This document shows, piece by piece, positions 45,801 through 54,518 of a stretch of DNA of 64,000 bases (position 1 is the first letter of the stretch; each line of letters starts with the position of its first letter). Under the pieces are notes generated by a model, which saw nothing but the letters and a program-made list of their open reading frames with translations, was not told where the DNA came from and searched no databases. The position numbers were made by a program, and so were the translations under genes. The stretch is from Acidimicrobiales bacterium (GTDB taxonomy: Bacteria > Actinomycetota > Acidimicrobiia > Acidimicrobiales > Palsa-688): NCBI GenBank assembly GCA_035551615.1, contig DASZNC010000059.1, forward strand, positions 13,099 to 77,098, given 5' to 3'.

Positions 45801-46628
45801 CTACCGGTCGGCGCTGTGCAGGGCGATGTCGACCGGGTGCTCCGAGTCGACCCGGGCGAACTCCGGCGGGCGACGCTCGGCAAAGGCGGCGAACGCCTCC
45901 AGATTGGCCGGACGGCCGAGCAGCCGGGCGAAGGCCCGGTCCTCGCGTCGGCGAGCCTCGACGATGGCGGCCCGGTGGCCGGCCGCGACGGTGCGCTTGA
46001 CCTCGATCAGGGAGGCCAACGGTTTGGTGGCCAGATGGGCGGCCACGGATGTCGCCTCTTCCATCAGGTCGTCAGGAGAGCACAGACGCCAGGCCAGGCC
46101 CATGTCGTGGCACTCCTCGGCCGAGAACCACTCCGAGCTCATCAGGAACCACATGGCGTTCTGACGGCCGAGCAGCAGGGGCATGAGGTAGCTGCTCGCC
46201 GCCTCCGGGGCCACCGCCAGGTCGGTGAATGGGCAGCGCAGCCGGGCGGCCGTCGACATGAGGACCAGATCGGCGTAGCCGAGGAGGGTGGCGCCGATGC
46301 CGAGCGCCAATCCGTTGACCGCGCATATGAGCGGCTTCGGGAACGCGGTCAATTGGTCGATCAGCCCGGGGAAGCCGTGCCGCCCCGGTGCGAAGTCCTT
46401 CGACGTGGTCCGCTCCGCCATCTCGACCACGTCGGTGCCGGCCGAGAAGGCGCGCCCACCGCCGGTCATCAGCACGACGGCCACATCAGGGTCGGCGGCG
46501 GCATCGATGAGAGCATCGGTGGTGGCGTCGTAGAGAGCCTCGTTGAATGCGTTGAGGGCGTCCGGACGGTTCAGCGTGAGGGTGCGGACCCGGGCGACGT
46601 CGGCGGTCAGGATCAGGGGTTCGGCCAC
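45801..46628 (-). CDS. enoyl-CoA hydratase/isomerase (crotonase) family protein
   Basis: LTLNRPDALNAF, GGGRAFSAGTDV, ICAVNGLALGIGATL oxyanion-hole motifs. Confidence 0.85.
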   Translation of the reverse strand: MAEPLILTADVARVRTLTLNRPDALNAFNEALYDATTDALIDAAADPDVAVVLMTGGGRAFSAGTDVVEMAERTTSKDFAPGRHGFPGLIDQLTAFPKPLICAVNGLALGIGATLLGYADLVLMSTAARLRCPFTDLAVAPEAASSYLMPLLLGRQNAMWFLMSSEWFSAEECHDMGLAWRLCSPDDLMEEATSVAAHLATKPLASLIEVKRTVAAGHRAAIVEARRREDRAFARLLGRPANLEAFAAFAERRPPEFARVDSEHPVDIALHSADR

Positions 46629-46760
46629 GCTCAGAGATGGTAGGGGCCGAGGAGCGGGCCGTCGCAGTGGTCGACGGGCGCGGGGCGGACCGGCTCCGAG
46701 CCGGGTCCGGAGCCATACGGTCGTAACCGAAGAGTATCTGCTTGTTCACAATAGGGACTT

Positions 46761-46788
46761 GACCTTTGACAAAACCCTTTCGTATAAT
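46761..46788 (+). promoter_or_regulatory. near-consensus sigma-A promoter TTGACC-18-TATAAT; predicted leaderless TetR transcript
   Basis: The -10 TATAAT at 46783-46788 lies 6 nt upstream of the GTG start at 46795, in the divergent intergenic region with the crotonase gene. Confidence 0.5.
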
Positions 46789-46794
46789 CACGAC

Positions 46795-47388
46795 GTGGCT
46801 ACGGAGACTCCCAAGCGGCGGCTGGACCGGGGTGCGGTCCTGTCTGCGGCCGAGGCGTTTCTGGACGAGCGGGGCGCAGAGGCGCTGAGCATGACGGCCC
46901 TGGCCGGCGTGCTCGGGGTCAAGGTGTCGTCGCTCTACAACCACGTACCCAGCCTGGAAGCACTCAAAGGCGAGCTGCAGAACCGCGCCATGCACGATCT
47001 CGGCGTCCTGCTGCGCAACCAGGCCATGGGCAAGACTGGGGAGCGGGGACTACGGGACCTGGCTCACACCCTTAGGGACTTCGCCCGCACCCATCCAGGC
47101 CGTTACAGCCTGGCCATGAGCGAACCCCACGATCAAGCGTCGTTCCTGGTAGCCAGCACCGACGCCACGGCGGCGTTCGGTGCGATCATCGCTTCGTACG
47201 GGATCGACGATGTGAGCCTGGACTTCCAGGTGAGCGCATTTGCCGCACTACACGGCGTCGTCGTGCTCGACAACGCCGGATTCTTGAACGCGCCACTCGA
47301 CGGTGACCGAGTTTTCGCCACCGTTCTGGACGTCGTGGTCGGGCTGCTGCGTGACGCCGCTCCCGGCCCCGAAGTCCTGGCCGGCTGA
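46795..47388 (+). CDS. TetR/AcrR family transcriptional regulator
   Basis: LSAAEAFLDERGAEALSMTALAGVLGVKVSSLYNHVPSLEAL HTH. 197 aa. Confidence 0.8.
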   Translation: MATETPKRRLDRGAVLSAAEAFLDERGAEALSMTALAGVLGVKVSSLYNHVPSLEALKGELQNRAMHDLGVLLRNQAMGKTGERGLRDLAHTLRDFARTHPGRYSLAMSEPHDQASFLVASTDATAAFGAIIASYGIDDVSLDFQVSAFAALHGVVVLDNAGFLNAPLDGDRVFATVLDVVVGLLRDAAPGPEVLAG

Positions 47389-47434
47389 CGTTTCATCTTT
47401 CCCCCCACTCCCTATTCAGGAGGCAGACCCTGTC

Positions 47435-48943
47435 ATGAAGCGACTCGGTGGTACCGACGCGCTGTTCCTCTCGCTCGAAACGCCGAGCTGGCATCAGCAC
47501 GTCGGCGGCCTGAGCATCATCGACCCCGAGGGTCGTGACATCTCGTATGACGATTTTGTCATCAAGGTGGGCGACCGCCTGCCCTACGCCCCGAAGTTCC
47601 GGTGGCGGTTGAAGGAGACACCGTTCGGGCTGGACCGCCCCATGTGGATCGACGACGCCGACTTCGACGTGCGCCGTCACGTCCGGCGCATCGGTGTCCC
47701 CTCGCCGGGCGGGGCCAAGGAGCTGGGCGAGGTGGTCGGCACCCTGATGAGCTCGCAGCTCGACCGGCGCCGCCCCCTGTGGGAGATGTGGTTCATCGAG
47801 GGCCTGGCCGGGGGCCGCATCGCCGTGTTCCTGAAGTACCACCACTGCCTGCTCGACGGCATGGCCGGCGCCAGCCTGGCCACTGTCCTGCTCGACCTGT
47901 CACCCGACGCAACGGCGCCCTTGGCCCCGCTGCCGTCGGCCGAGGAGCAGTCGGCCGGCTCCGAGCCGTCGGACCTCGAGGTCCTCGGGCGCCTGGCCCT
48001 CAACGCCCCCCGCCGGCCCCTCAACACCCTCCGCTACATGTCGGGGATCGTGGCCAAGGGGGCGGCCGCCGTGCAGAGCCTACGCGACCACGAGAACCGA
48101 GCCATCCTGCGGGCCCCGGTCACCCCGTTCAACGACGCCATCGGCCCACGCCGCGAGTTGGCGTTCGCATCGGTCTCGATGGCGGACGTGCACGGCCTCA
48201 AGGTGAAGCACGACGTGAAGGTCAACGACGTCGTGCTGGCCCTGACCGCCGGCGCCCTGCGCAAGTACCTCGAGAAGCACGACGCCCTGCCCGACACCGC
48301 CCTCGTGACTGCCGTCCCGGTATCGACCCGCCCCGAGGGCGACCGGTCCCACACCAACCAGATCAGCAACATGTTCGTGTCCCTGGCCACCGACATCGAC
48401 GACCCGGTGGAGCGGTTGGAGGCCATCAAGCGGTCGACCCAGAGCGCCAAGGCCATGCGCAACGCCATCGGGGCCAGGGAGATCCAGTCCCTCGGCGAGG
48501 TCGCATCCCCGCTCATCCTGAGCGGGGCGATCAAGACGATCTACCGGACGTCCCTGATGTCACGCATCCCGCTGCGCATCAACACCGTCGTCTCCAACGT
48601 GCCCGGGCCCAACATCCCCCTGTACATGTGCGGCGGCAAGGTCGTCGCCGTCTTCCCGAGCTCGGTGATCCTCGAGGGCATGGGTCTCAACGTCACCGTC
48701 TTCAGCTACCTCGACCGGGTCGACTTCGGCATCCACGTCGATCCCGATCTGGTGCCCGACGTGTGGGTGCTGGCCGATCAGGTGCCGGCTGCCCTGGCCG
48801 AGCTCATGGACGCCTCCGGGCTGGGCCGGCCCACACCGGTGGAGGCACCCCTCGAGGGTGAGGCCACCGTCACCAGCTCCTCGCCGGGCGGCCAGGCGGT
48901 CCGGGCCCGGCGGACGCCGGCCGGTCGGAGGGCCCGGGCGTAA
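47435..48943 (+). CDS. wax ester synthase/diacylglycerol acyltransferase (WS/DGAT)
   Basis: HHCLLDGMAG catalytic HHxxxDG motif. CAGGAGG RBS 11 nt upstream. 502 aa. Confidence 0.9.
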   Translation: MKRLGGTDALFLSLETPSWHQHVGGLSIIDPEGRDISYDDFVIKVGDRLPYAPKFRWRLKETPFGLDRPMWIDDADFDVRRHVRRIGVPSPGGAKELGEVVGTLMSSQLDRRRPLWEMWFIEGLAGGRIAVFLKYHHCLLDGMAGASLATVLLDLSPDATAPLAPLPSAEEQSAGSEPSDLEVLGRLALNAPRRPLNTLRYMSGIVAKGAAAVQSLRDHENRAILRAPVTPFNDAIGPRRELAFASVSMADVHGLKVKHDVKVNDVVLALTAGALRKYLEKHDALPDTALVTAVPVSTRPEGDRSHTNQISNMFVSLATDIDDPVERLEAIKRSTQSAKAMRNAIGAREIQSLGEVASPLILSGAIKTIYRTSLMSRIPLRINTVVSNVPGPNIPLYMCGGKVVAVFPSSVILEGMGLNVTVFSYLDRVDFGIHVDPDLVPDVWVLADQVPAALAELMDASGLGRPTPVEAPLEGEATVTSSSPGGQAVRARRTPAGRRARA

Positions 48944-48958
48944 CGCCGCCGGCGGCGG

Positions 48959-49048
48959 GTCGCCGTCCGGCGTGGCGCAGCTGACGCCGGGTCGCCGTCC
49001 GGCGTGGCGCAGCTGGCGCCGGCGGGCCGCTGCCCGGCGTGGCGCCGC
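48959..49048. repeat. 32-nt GC-rich tandem repeat (GTCGCCGTCCGGCGTGGCGCAGCTGRCGCCGG x2 + partial third)
   Basis: Read directly, 16 nt downstream of the WS/DGAT stop. Confidence 0.5.
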
Positions 49049-49066
49049 AATCTGTGTCCCAACCGG

Positions 49067-49117
49067 CTTTCTGTGGTCGAAATTGTTGGTTAGACCCACA
49101 AAATCGACCACAGAAAG
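49067..49117. repeat. palindromic element copy B: CTTTCTGTGGTCGA-N23-TCGACCACAGAAAG
   Basis: 14-nt perfect inverted arms sharing the TTCTGTGGTCGA core with copy A at 626..691. Confidence 0.5.
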
Positions 49118-49141
49118 GCGCCGGCCACCCCGGCCGGCGCC
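49117..49141 (+). terminator. GC hairpin GGCGCCGGCC-ACCCC-GGCCGGCGCC (10-bp stem) without a clear U-tract
   Basis: Read directly. It ends 4 nt before the ATG of the ClpP-like gene and may terminate WS/DGAT transcription or structure the next 5' end. Confidence 0.35.
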
Positions 49142-49145
49142 TTAG

Positions 49146-49727
49146 ATGGCCAAGCCCTCAGGGTCGCCGGCCGGGAGTAGCGTCAGGCGGGTGCAGCATC
49201 CGTCCGATCCATCGGCGTCGCTCCACCAGGCCCTGTTCGACCGGCGCATAGTGATGGTGAGCGGAGCCGTCGATGGCGACAAGGCCGGGCAGGTCGCCTC
49301 GGCGCTCATCTCCCTGGACGCGATGGGCGACGACCCGATCGAGCTGCGGCTGTCGGCCGAATCGGACTCGCTCGACGTGGCCTTCTCCCTCATGGACATC
49401 ATCAGGACGCTGGACGCCCCGGTCAACGCGACCGTCGCCGGCTCCGTCGGGGGCACCATGGTCGGCGTGCTCGCCGTCTGCCGGCGGCGGCGGATCGGGG
49501 GGTTCGGGCAGCTCCACCTGCGGGAGCCTCGGGCCGAGCTGACCGGCGTCGCCGCCGAGCTGGAACGGCAGGCCACCGACATGACCAACCGGGTCGAGCT
49601 GTTCGCCCGCCGGATGGCGGAGGCGACCGGCCGGCCGTTCGAGCACGTCGAGGCGGATCTGCGCACCGGTCGCCACCTGGATGCGGCCGCCGCCCTGGCC
49701 TACGGCATCGTGGACGAGGTCCAGTGA
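49146..49727 (+). CDS. ClpP-like (S14 peptidase fold) protein, probably catalytically inactive paralog
   Basis: ClpP-like RIVMVSG...DP...L.L..ESDS core, but the catalytic-Ser position (GxAASMG) reads AGSVGGTM. His (LHLREP) and Asp (ATDMTN) are present. Confidence 0.65.
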   Translation: MAKPSGSPAGSSVRRVQHPSDPSASLHQALFDRRIVMVSGAVDGDKAGQVASALISLDAMGDDPIELRLSAESDSLDVAFSLMDIIRTLDAPVNATVAGSVGGTMVGVLAVCRRRRIGGFGQLHLREPRAELTGVAAELERQATDMTNRVELFARRMAEATGRPFEHVEADLRTGRHLDAAAALAYGIVDEVQ

Positions 49728-50419
49728 CCTCGGCTCTGCTGTTCGACGTGTTCGGCACGGTGGTCGACTGGCGGTCCTCGGTCATCGCCGCCGGTTCGGC
49801 GGTGGCCGCCGATGTGGACTGGCCCGGCTGCGCCGATCAGTGGCGCCGGCAGGGCTACCTGGAGCCGATCGGCCGGATGGTGAGGGGCGAGGAGCCATGG
49901 GCCCCCATCGACGGGGTGATGCGGGCCCAGCTGGACGTGCTGGCCGACAGGTTCGGTTTTGCGTCGGTCGGCGCCGATGCTCTCGACGATCTGGCGCTCG
50001 TATGGGAGCGGCTCGACCCCTGGCCGGATGTGCAGCCCGGGCTGGCCCGGTTGAAGTCCCGCTACCCGATCGGCCCCCTGTCGAACGGCAGCTTCGGGGG
50101 CCTGACCCGGATGGGCCGCTACGGCGGGCTGGGCTGGGACTTCATCATCTCCACCGAGCTGTTCCAGTCGTACAAACCGGATCCGAAGACCTACCTGGGG
50201 GCGGCCGCCCTCCTCGGCCTGGAACCGTCCGAGGTGATGCTGGTCGCCGCCCACCCGCTCGACCTCCAGGCCGCGGCCGGTTGCGGGCTGGGCACCGCGT
50301 ATGTGCCCCGCCCGCAGGAATGGGGTCCCGGTGGCCAGGTGGCCCCGGGCAGGTTCGACGTGGTCGCCTCCGACTTCATCGACCTGGCCGCCCGCCTGGG
50401 GATCACAGAATCCTCATAA
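49724..50419 (+). CDS. HAD-superfamily hydrolase, haloacid dehalogenase type II-like
   Basis: LLFDVFGTVVDW motif I (DxxGT), SNGS motif II, K...D motif III. ATGA overlap with the upstream gene. Confidence 0.8.
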   Translation: MTSALLFDVFGTVVDWRSSVIAAGSAVAADVDWPGCADQWRRQGYLEPIGRMVRGEEPWAPIDGVMRAQLDVLADRFGFASVGADALDDLALVWERLDPWPDVQPGLARLKSRYPIGPLSNGSFGGLTRMGRYGGLGWDFIISTELFQSYKPDPKTYLGAAALLGLEPSEVMLVAAHPLDLQAAAGCGLGTAYVPRPQEWGPGGQVAPGRFDVVASDFIDLAARLGITESS

Positions 50420-50461
50420 GTTGACCGCCGGTGGTTCACATCGGCGGGCCAGGCTGAAGGA

Positions 50462-50911
50462 ATGAGATCGCTCACCAGGAAGACAGCGTTCGGCGCCGTC
50501 GGCGTGCTGGCCGCCATCGGCGTCACCGGCACGGCGTGGGCGGAGACCGGTTCCGGCTCCTCCCCGACCTCCACCCCGGCGGCGAGCACGAACCCGACCG
50601 CCACCCCCTCGGCGACCAAGCCGGCCAAGCACCGGGCCCGGGGCCTGCTCGAGCGGGCCGACCACGCCAATGCCGAGATCAAGGTCAAGGGTCAATGGGT
50701 CACCTACACCCTCGACCGGGGCACGGTGACCGCCGTCAGCCCGTCGTCCATCACGCTGTCGCGCCCCGACGGCCAGAGTGTCACCGATTCCATCAGCGCC
50801 CAGACCAAGTTCAAGGGGGTGGCCTCGGCATCGGCCGTCAGAGTGGGGCAGCCGGCCCAGATCGTCTCGGACAACGGCGCCGCCCTGCGGGTCCGGCAGA
50901 AGGCGGCCTGA
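50462..50911 (+). CDS. secreted hypothetical protein (signal peptide, Thr/Pro/Ser-rich linker)
   Basis: MRSLTRKTAFGAVGVLAAIGVTGTAWA signal peptide. 149 aa. Confidence 0.6.
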   Translation: MRSLTRKTAFGAVGVLAAIGVTGTAWAETGSGSSPTSTPAASTNPTATPSATKPAKHRARGLLERADHANAEIKVKGQWVTYTLDRGTVTAVSPSSITLSRPDGQSVTDSISAQTKFKGVASASAVRVGQPAQIVSDNGAALRVRQKAA

Positions 50912-50957
50912 TAATCGGGTGTCACCGGACCCCGTGTAGGCAATAATCGAGGTCTCG

Positions 50958-51608
50958 ATGGAGGAGATCCTCGAGGAACAGCAGGCGTACTACCGGGCCC
51001 GCGCACCTGAGTACGACGCTTGGTGGCAGCGAACCGGCCGGTACGACCGGGGCGAGCAGGAAGCCGAAGAGTGGCAACGGTCCGTGGCCGCCGCCGAGGA
51101 CGCCCTGCGCGGGTTCAGCCCGACCGGCGACGTACTCGAACTGGCCGGCGGCACCGGTTGGTGGACAGCCCGCCTGGCCACCACCGCCGAGCGGCTCACC
51201 GTGGTCGATTCTTCAGCAGAAGTGCTGGACCTCAACCGGGCCCGCGTCGGCCGGCCCGACATCGACTACCGGCAGTCCGACATCTTCTCCTGGACGCCAC
51301 CCAGGCGCTACGACACGGTGTTCTTCTCCTTCTGGCTCTCGCACGTGCCCGAAAACCGGTTCGCCGAGTTCTGGGACCTGGTCGGGCGCTGTCTGGCTCC
51401 CGGTGGCCGGGCGTTCCTCATTGACAGCCACGATGCCAAGATCGCCGATGACGTCGACGTGCGCCAGCTGAGCGACGGCTCCCGGTTCCGGGTGGTCAAG
51501 ATCATGTACTCGCCAGCCGAGCTCGAATCGGCGTTGAGCGGGCTCGGTTGGACGGCCCGGATACGGGCGGACGGGCTGATCCTCTACGGGTCGGCGGTGC
51601 CCGGTTAG
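50958..51608 (+). CDS. class I SAM-dependent methyltransferase
   Basis: VLELAGGTGWWT motif I, VVDSS acidic motif II, DTVFFSFWLSHV motif. Confidence 0.8.
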   Translation: MEEILEEQQAYYRARAPEYDAWWQRTGRYDRGEQEAEEWQRSVAAAEDALRGFSPTGDVLELAGGTGWWTARLATTAERLTVVDSSAEVLDLNRARVGRPDIDYRQSDIFSWTPPRRYDTVFFSFWLSHVPENRFAEFWDLVGRCLAPGGRAFLIDSHDAKIADDVDVRQLSDGSRFRVVKIMYSPAELESALSGLGWTARIRADGLILYGSAVPG

Positions 51609-51925
51609 AGCCGGCGGACCCGCACGGCCGTGCCGTAGGCGCAGATCTCGGTCCAGTTGCCACCCATCTCCGAGGTGTCGAAGCGCATGGCCAGGATGGC
51701 ATCGGCGCCCTTGATCTCAGCCTCCTCGACCATCCGCTGGGTGACTTCCTGGCGGCTGGCCACCAGGTTCTTGGTCATCCCCTTCAGCTCGCCTCCGGCG
51801 AGGGACTTGAACGAGGCACCTATCTGCGAGCCGATGTTCCGGCTGCGCACGGTCAGCCCGAACACCTCGCCCAGCACCTCGGTGATTTCGTACCCCGGTA
51901 GGTCGTTCATCGTCGAGATCAGCAT
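51605..51925 (-). CDS. YbjQ/UPF0145 family protein
   Basis: 106-aa GYEITEVLGEVFGLTVRSRNIG...GADAILAMRFDTSEM family signature. Confidence 0.8.
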   Translation of the reverse strand: MLISTMNDLPGYEITEVLGEVFGLTVRSRNIGSQIGASFKSLAGGELKGMTKNLVASRQEVTQRMVEEAEIKGADAILAMRFDTSEMGGNWTEICAYGTAVRVRRL

Positions 51926-51962
51926 GAGCTCAACCTAACGCCGCGGCGCCGATGCGGTCGCC

Positions 51963-52406
51963 CTACAGCTCCTTCTCGAACGCCAGTGCCTCCTCGTAGT
52001 GGCCGTAGTAGGCGACGCGGGCGTAACCGGTCCGCTCGTACAGCGCCGCCGCCTCCGGCTGGCGGGGCCCGGTCTCGAGGATCACCTTGCCGTACCCGGC
52101 CCGAGCCGCGTCCTCCTCCAGCGCAGCCAGCACCACGGCGGCCAGACCGCGCCGGCGGTAGCGGCCGTCGGTCCACATCCGTTTGACCTCGCACACCCCT
52201 TCGGTGTGGTGGCGGTAACCGCCGCCGGCCACCACTCGGCCGGCTTCCACGACGACCATGAACGCGCCCGCCGGCGGATCGAATTCCTCGGCCGACGCCC
52301 GGGACATCTCCTCGTTGGCGCCGTACCGCTCGTCGTACTCGGCCGTCAGTCCGTCGATCAGAGGGCCGACCACCTCGTCGCTGAAGCGCACCTTCCGCAC
52401 ATCCAC
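51963..52406 (-). CDS. GNAT family N-acetyltransferase
   Basis: RRRGLAAVVLAALEEDAARAGY acetyl-CoA motif. GTG start near 52406 (alternatives 52400 or upstream). Confidence 0.7.
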   Translation of the reverse strand: MDVRKVRFSDEVVGPLIDGLTAEYDERYGANEEMSRASAEEFDPPAGAFMVVVEAGRVVAGGGYRHHTEGVCEVKRMWTDGRYRRRGLAAVVLAALEEDAARAGYGKVILETGPRQPEAAALYERTGYARVAYYGHYEEALAFEKEL

Positions 52407-52417
52407 GGCGGAGCAGG

Positions 52418-53023
52418 CTAGAGAGACGGGAGGAGCACCGCTCCTTCTTTCTCGTCGCCGACCGACGACCACCGGCCGTCGAGGGCGAACAGCCCGGTCA
52501 ATGCGCACAACGCGGCATCGACCCGGTCCTGGTTGGGCAACCCGTCGCTGATGCCGGCCAGCTGCAGCACCGATCGGCGGAACACCCCCTTACTCTCGTC
52601 CGCCCGGCGGGCCCGGCCGGCGATCAACCGGGCGCTCGCCTCGGGGAACACCTCGGCCGCCTTGCCGGCCGGCTCGAAGCCGCCGAAGAGCGGGTACGAC
52701 GGGGCGATGGCATCGAACAGGGACATGCCGGCCCGGGCCCACCGGTAGAACGGGTGGTCCCCCGGATCGGCGCCTGTCGGGAAGGTCGATATGCCCATAG
52801 CGGCCAGTTCCCGCTCGCCGCTCCGCCGCCGGCCGTCGACCGCCCAGCCGGACGGGGAGTCGATGCAGACGATGGTCGGCCGGACCAACTCGACGATGAG
52901 CTCCACCGCCTCCATCACCGAAAGGCCGCCGAGGGACAGCGACACCCGACGGCTCCCGTCGAGAGCCACCAGGTCCAGACCCTTGCGCTCCTCGGCCACA
53001 TCCACGCCGACCGCCAATACCAC
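52418..53023 (-). CDS. DUF429 family protein (predicted RNase H-like fold)
   Basis: VGVDVAEERKGLDLVALDG ... CIDSPSGW pattern typical of DUF429. 201 aa. The GNAT gene follows 11 nt downstream. Confidence 0.65.
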   Translation of the reverse strand: MVLAVGVDVAEERKGLDLVALDGSRRVSLSLGGLSVMEAVELIVELVRPTIVCIDSPSGWAVDGRRRSGERELAAMGISTFPTGADPGDHPFYRWARAGMSLFDAIAPSYPLFGGFEPAGKAAEVFPEASARLIAGRARRADESKGVFRRSVLQLAGISDGLPNQDRVDAALCALTGLFALDGRWSSVGDEKEGAVLLPSL

Positions 53024-53047
53024 CGACTCCTAGTTTAGGGAGTTGCA

Positions 53048-53100
53048 GCTTGTCAGGGAATCCTTGACAAGGCGCGACCCTGTCAGGTACAACTTGACAG
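53048..53100. promoter_or_regulatory. two tandem operator-like inverted repeats: CTTGTCAGG-N5-CCTTGACAAG and CCTGTCAGG-N5-CTTGACAGG
   Basis: Read directly in the divergent intergenic region between the DUF429 gene and the HTH gene. Each contains a TTGACA hexamer. Confidence 0.45.
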
Positions 53101-53421
53101 GTGGCCCCCGACCCCAACCGACTCCGAGAGGCTTTCGACCGGGTGATGGACATCGACGATCCGTTGACCGCCCTGCAGGCGGGGCGGGAGACCAGAGAGC
53201 TGATGCCGGCGTGGGAGAGCCATCTGGCCCGCCAGGCTCTGGCCAACGGGGCCACATGGGAAGCCATCGGCGCCGCCCTCGGCATCAGCCGTCAGGCGGC
53301 GTGGGAGCGTCTCCGGCCGGCGATCGCCAAGGAGATCCAGGCCGACCGGACCCGGATCGAATCAGAGAAGACCAGGTTGAGACAGGAGAGAGCGAAGCGA
53401 TGGCCGACGAAGAAGAGCTGA
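53101..53421 (+). CDS. small helix-turn-helix DNA-binding protein (sigma-70 region-4-like HTH)
   Basis: ARQALANGATWEAIGAALGISRQAAWERL HTH. The start is GTG 53101 or ATG about 53146. It overlaps the next gene by 22 nt. Confidence 0.55.
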   Translation: MAPDPNRLREAFDRVMDIDDPLTALQAGRETRELMPAWESHLARQALANGATWEAIGAALGISRQAAWERLRPAIAKEIQADRTRIESEKTRLRQERAKRWPTKKS

Positions 53422-54446
53422 GCCGAAGCGAGGCGTTGGCCAAGCGGGCCATGGAGTTGGCCGCCCGGGCCGAGGACCTGGCCCGCCACGCCCACGAAGT
53501 GGCGGGCGTCGACGAGCAGCTGGCCAGCCTCGAAGCCGAGCTCGACGCCCTGGCCGCCGAAGAGGACGCTCTGGCCGCCGAGGAGGACGGGCTCGCCGAG
53601 GGCGCCCGTACCGGGCCCGGACCAGCGCCCGACGATGAGCCCTCCGGGTTCGGCGGCCATGACGATTGGGTCAACTGGGCCGAGACCTTCAGTGACCGAC
53701 TCGAAGCGCTCGGAGCCCGGATCGGCGATCTGGTCGCCGGGTCCGTCGATTCCGCGCTGGCCGGCGCCCAGACCGGCACCGGCGAGCCGGGCGCAGTGCG
53801 GTTCACCCGGGAGGGCGAAGCGGAATGGCCGGCGCCCGGTCCGGTCCCGGTGCAGATCCGAAGTCATGGCGGCAGCGTCGAGGTTCGCGGCAGCGACCAG
53901 GACGGCATCCGGGTGACCTGGAGGGCCCGCAGCTGGGGCGGCCGCTATGCCGACCAGCAACCGGTGACGATCAGCGAGCGGGGCGGGACGGTCGTGATCG
54001 AGTACCAGGGCCGGCGGGGTTGGCGGGCGGCCGGCGTGTCGGTCGAGGTGGAGCTGCCCCGCCACTCCCCGATCGAGGTGACGACCGGCGGGGGCTCCAT
54101 CCAGATCGAAGGCACCGATGCTGCGGTCAGCTGCCGCACCGGCGGCGGGTCCATCACCGTGACGGAGGTCGACGGCGAGGTGCGGGCCAGCACCGGCGGC
54201 GGAGGCATCCGGGTCGAAGGCCGCATCTCGGGTGACTCCCAGATCCAGACCGGGGGTGGGTCGATCGATGTCATCGTCGAAGCCGGCACCCAGGTGGACG
54301 TGGACGTCAGCGGCACGAAGGCGTCGGTCGACGTACCCAGCCTGAAGGTCGAGGGCTACCACGTGGTCGGCCCCATCGACGGAGGCGGCGGGGGCCGCCT
54401 CCGGGTCCGCACCGGCGGCGGCTCGGCGCGTATCCGCCAGCGCTGA
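53400..54446 (+). CDS. DUF4097 (putative adhesin-type beta-strand repeat) protein with N-terminal coiled coil
   Basis: N-terminal Ala/Glu coiled coil followed by repeated TGGGSI.V beta-strand units (TTGGGSIQIEG, RTGGGSITVTE, STGGGGIRVEG, QTGGGSIDVIV, RTGGGSARI). Confidence 0.75.
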   Translation: MADEEELSRSEALAKRAMELAARAEDLARHAHEVAGVDEQLASLEAELDALAAEEDALAAEEDGLAEGARTGPGPAPDDEPSGFGGHDDWVNWAETFSDRLEALGARIGDLVAGSVDSALAGAQTGTGEPGAVRFTREGEAEWPAPGPVPVQIRSHGGSVEVRGSDQDGIRVTWRARSWGGRYADQQPVTISERGGTVVIEYQGRRGWRAAGVSVEVELPRHSPIEVTTGGGSIQIEGTDAAVSCRTGGGSITVTEVDGEVRASTGGGGIRVEGRISGDSQIQTGGGSIDVIVEAGTQVDVDVSGTKASVDVPSLKVEGYHVVGPIDGGGGGRLRVRTGGGSARIRQR

Positions 54447-54518
54447 GCCGACCCCGGCGCCTCTCCCCCATTACGGTGGCAGGCGTACATGGTGGAAGCC
54501 GACCAGGGGGAATGACCA

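Noticed and set aside
48959-49048. possible CRISPR array, given the several direct repeats in the window
   Set aside because: All direct repeats found (48959, 62610, 7711, 36793, 40594) are contiguous tandem copies with no unique spacers, and no cas genes are present.
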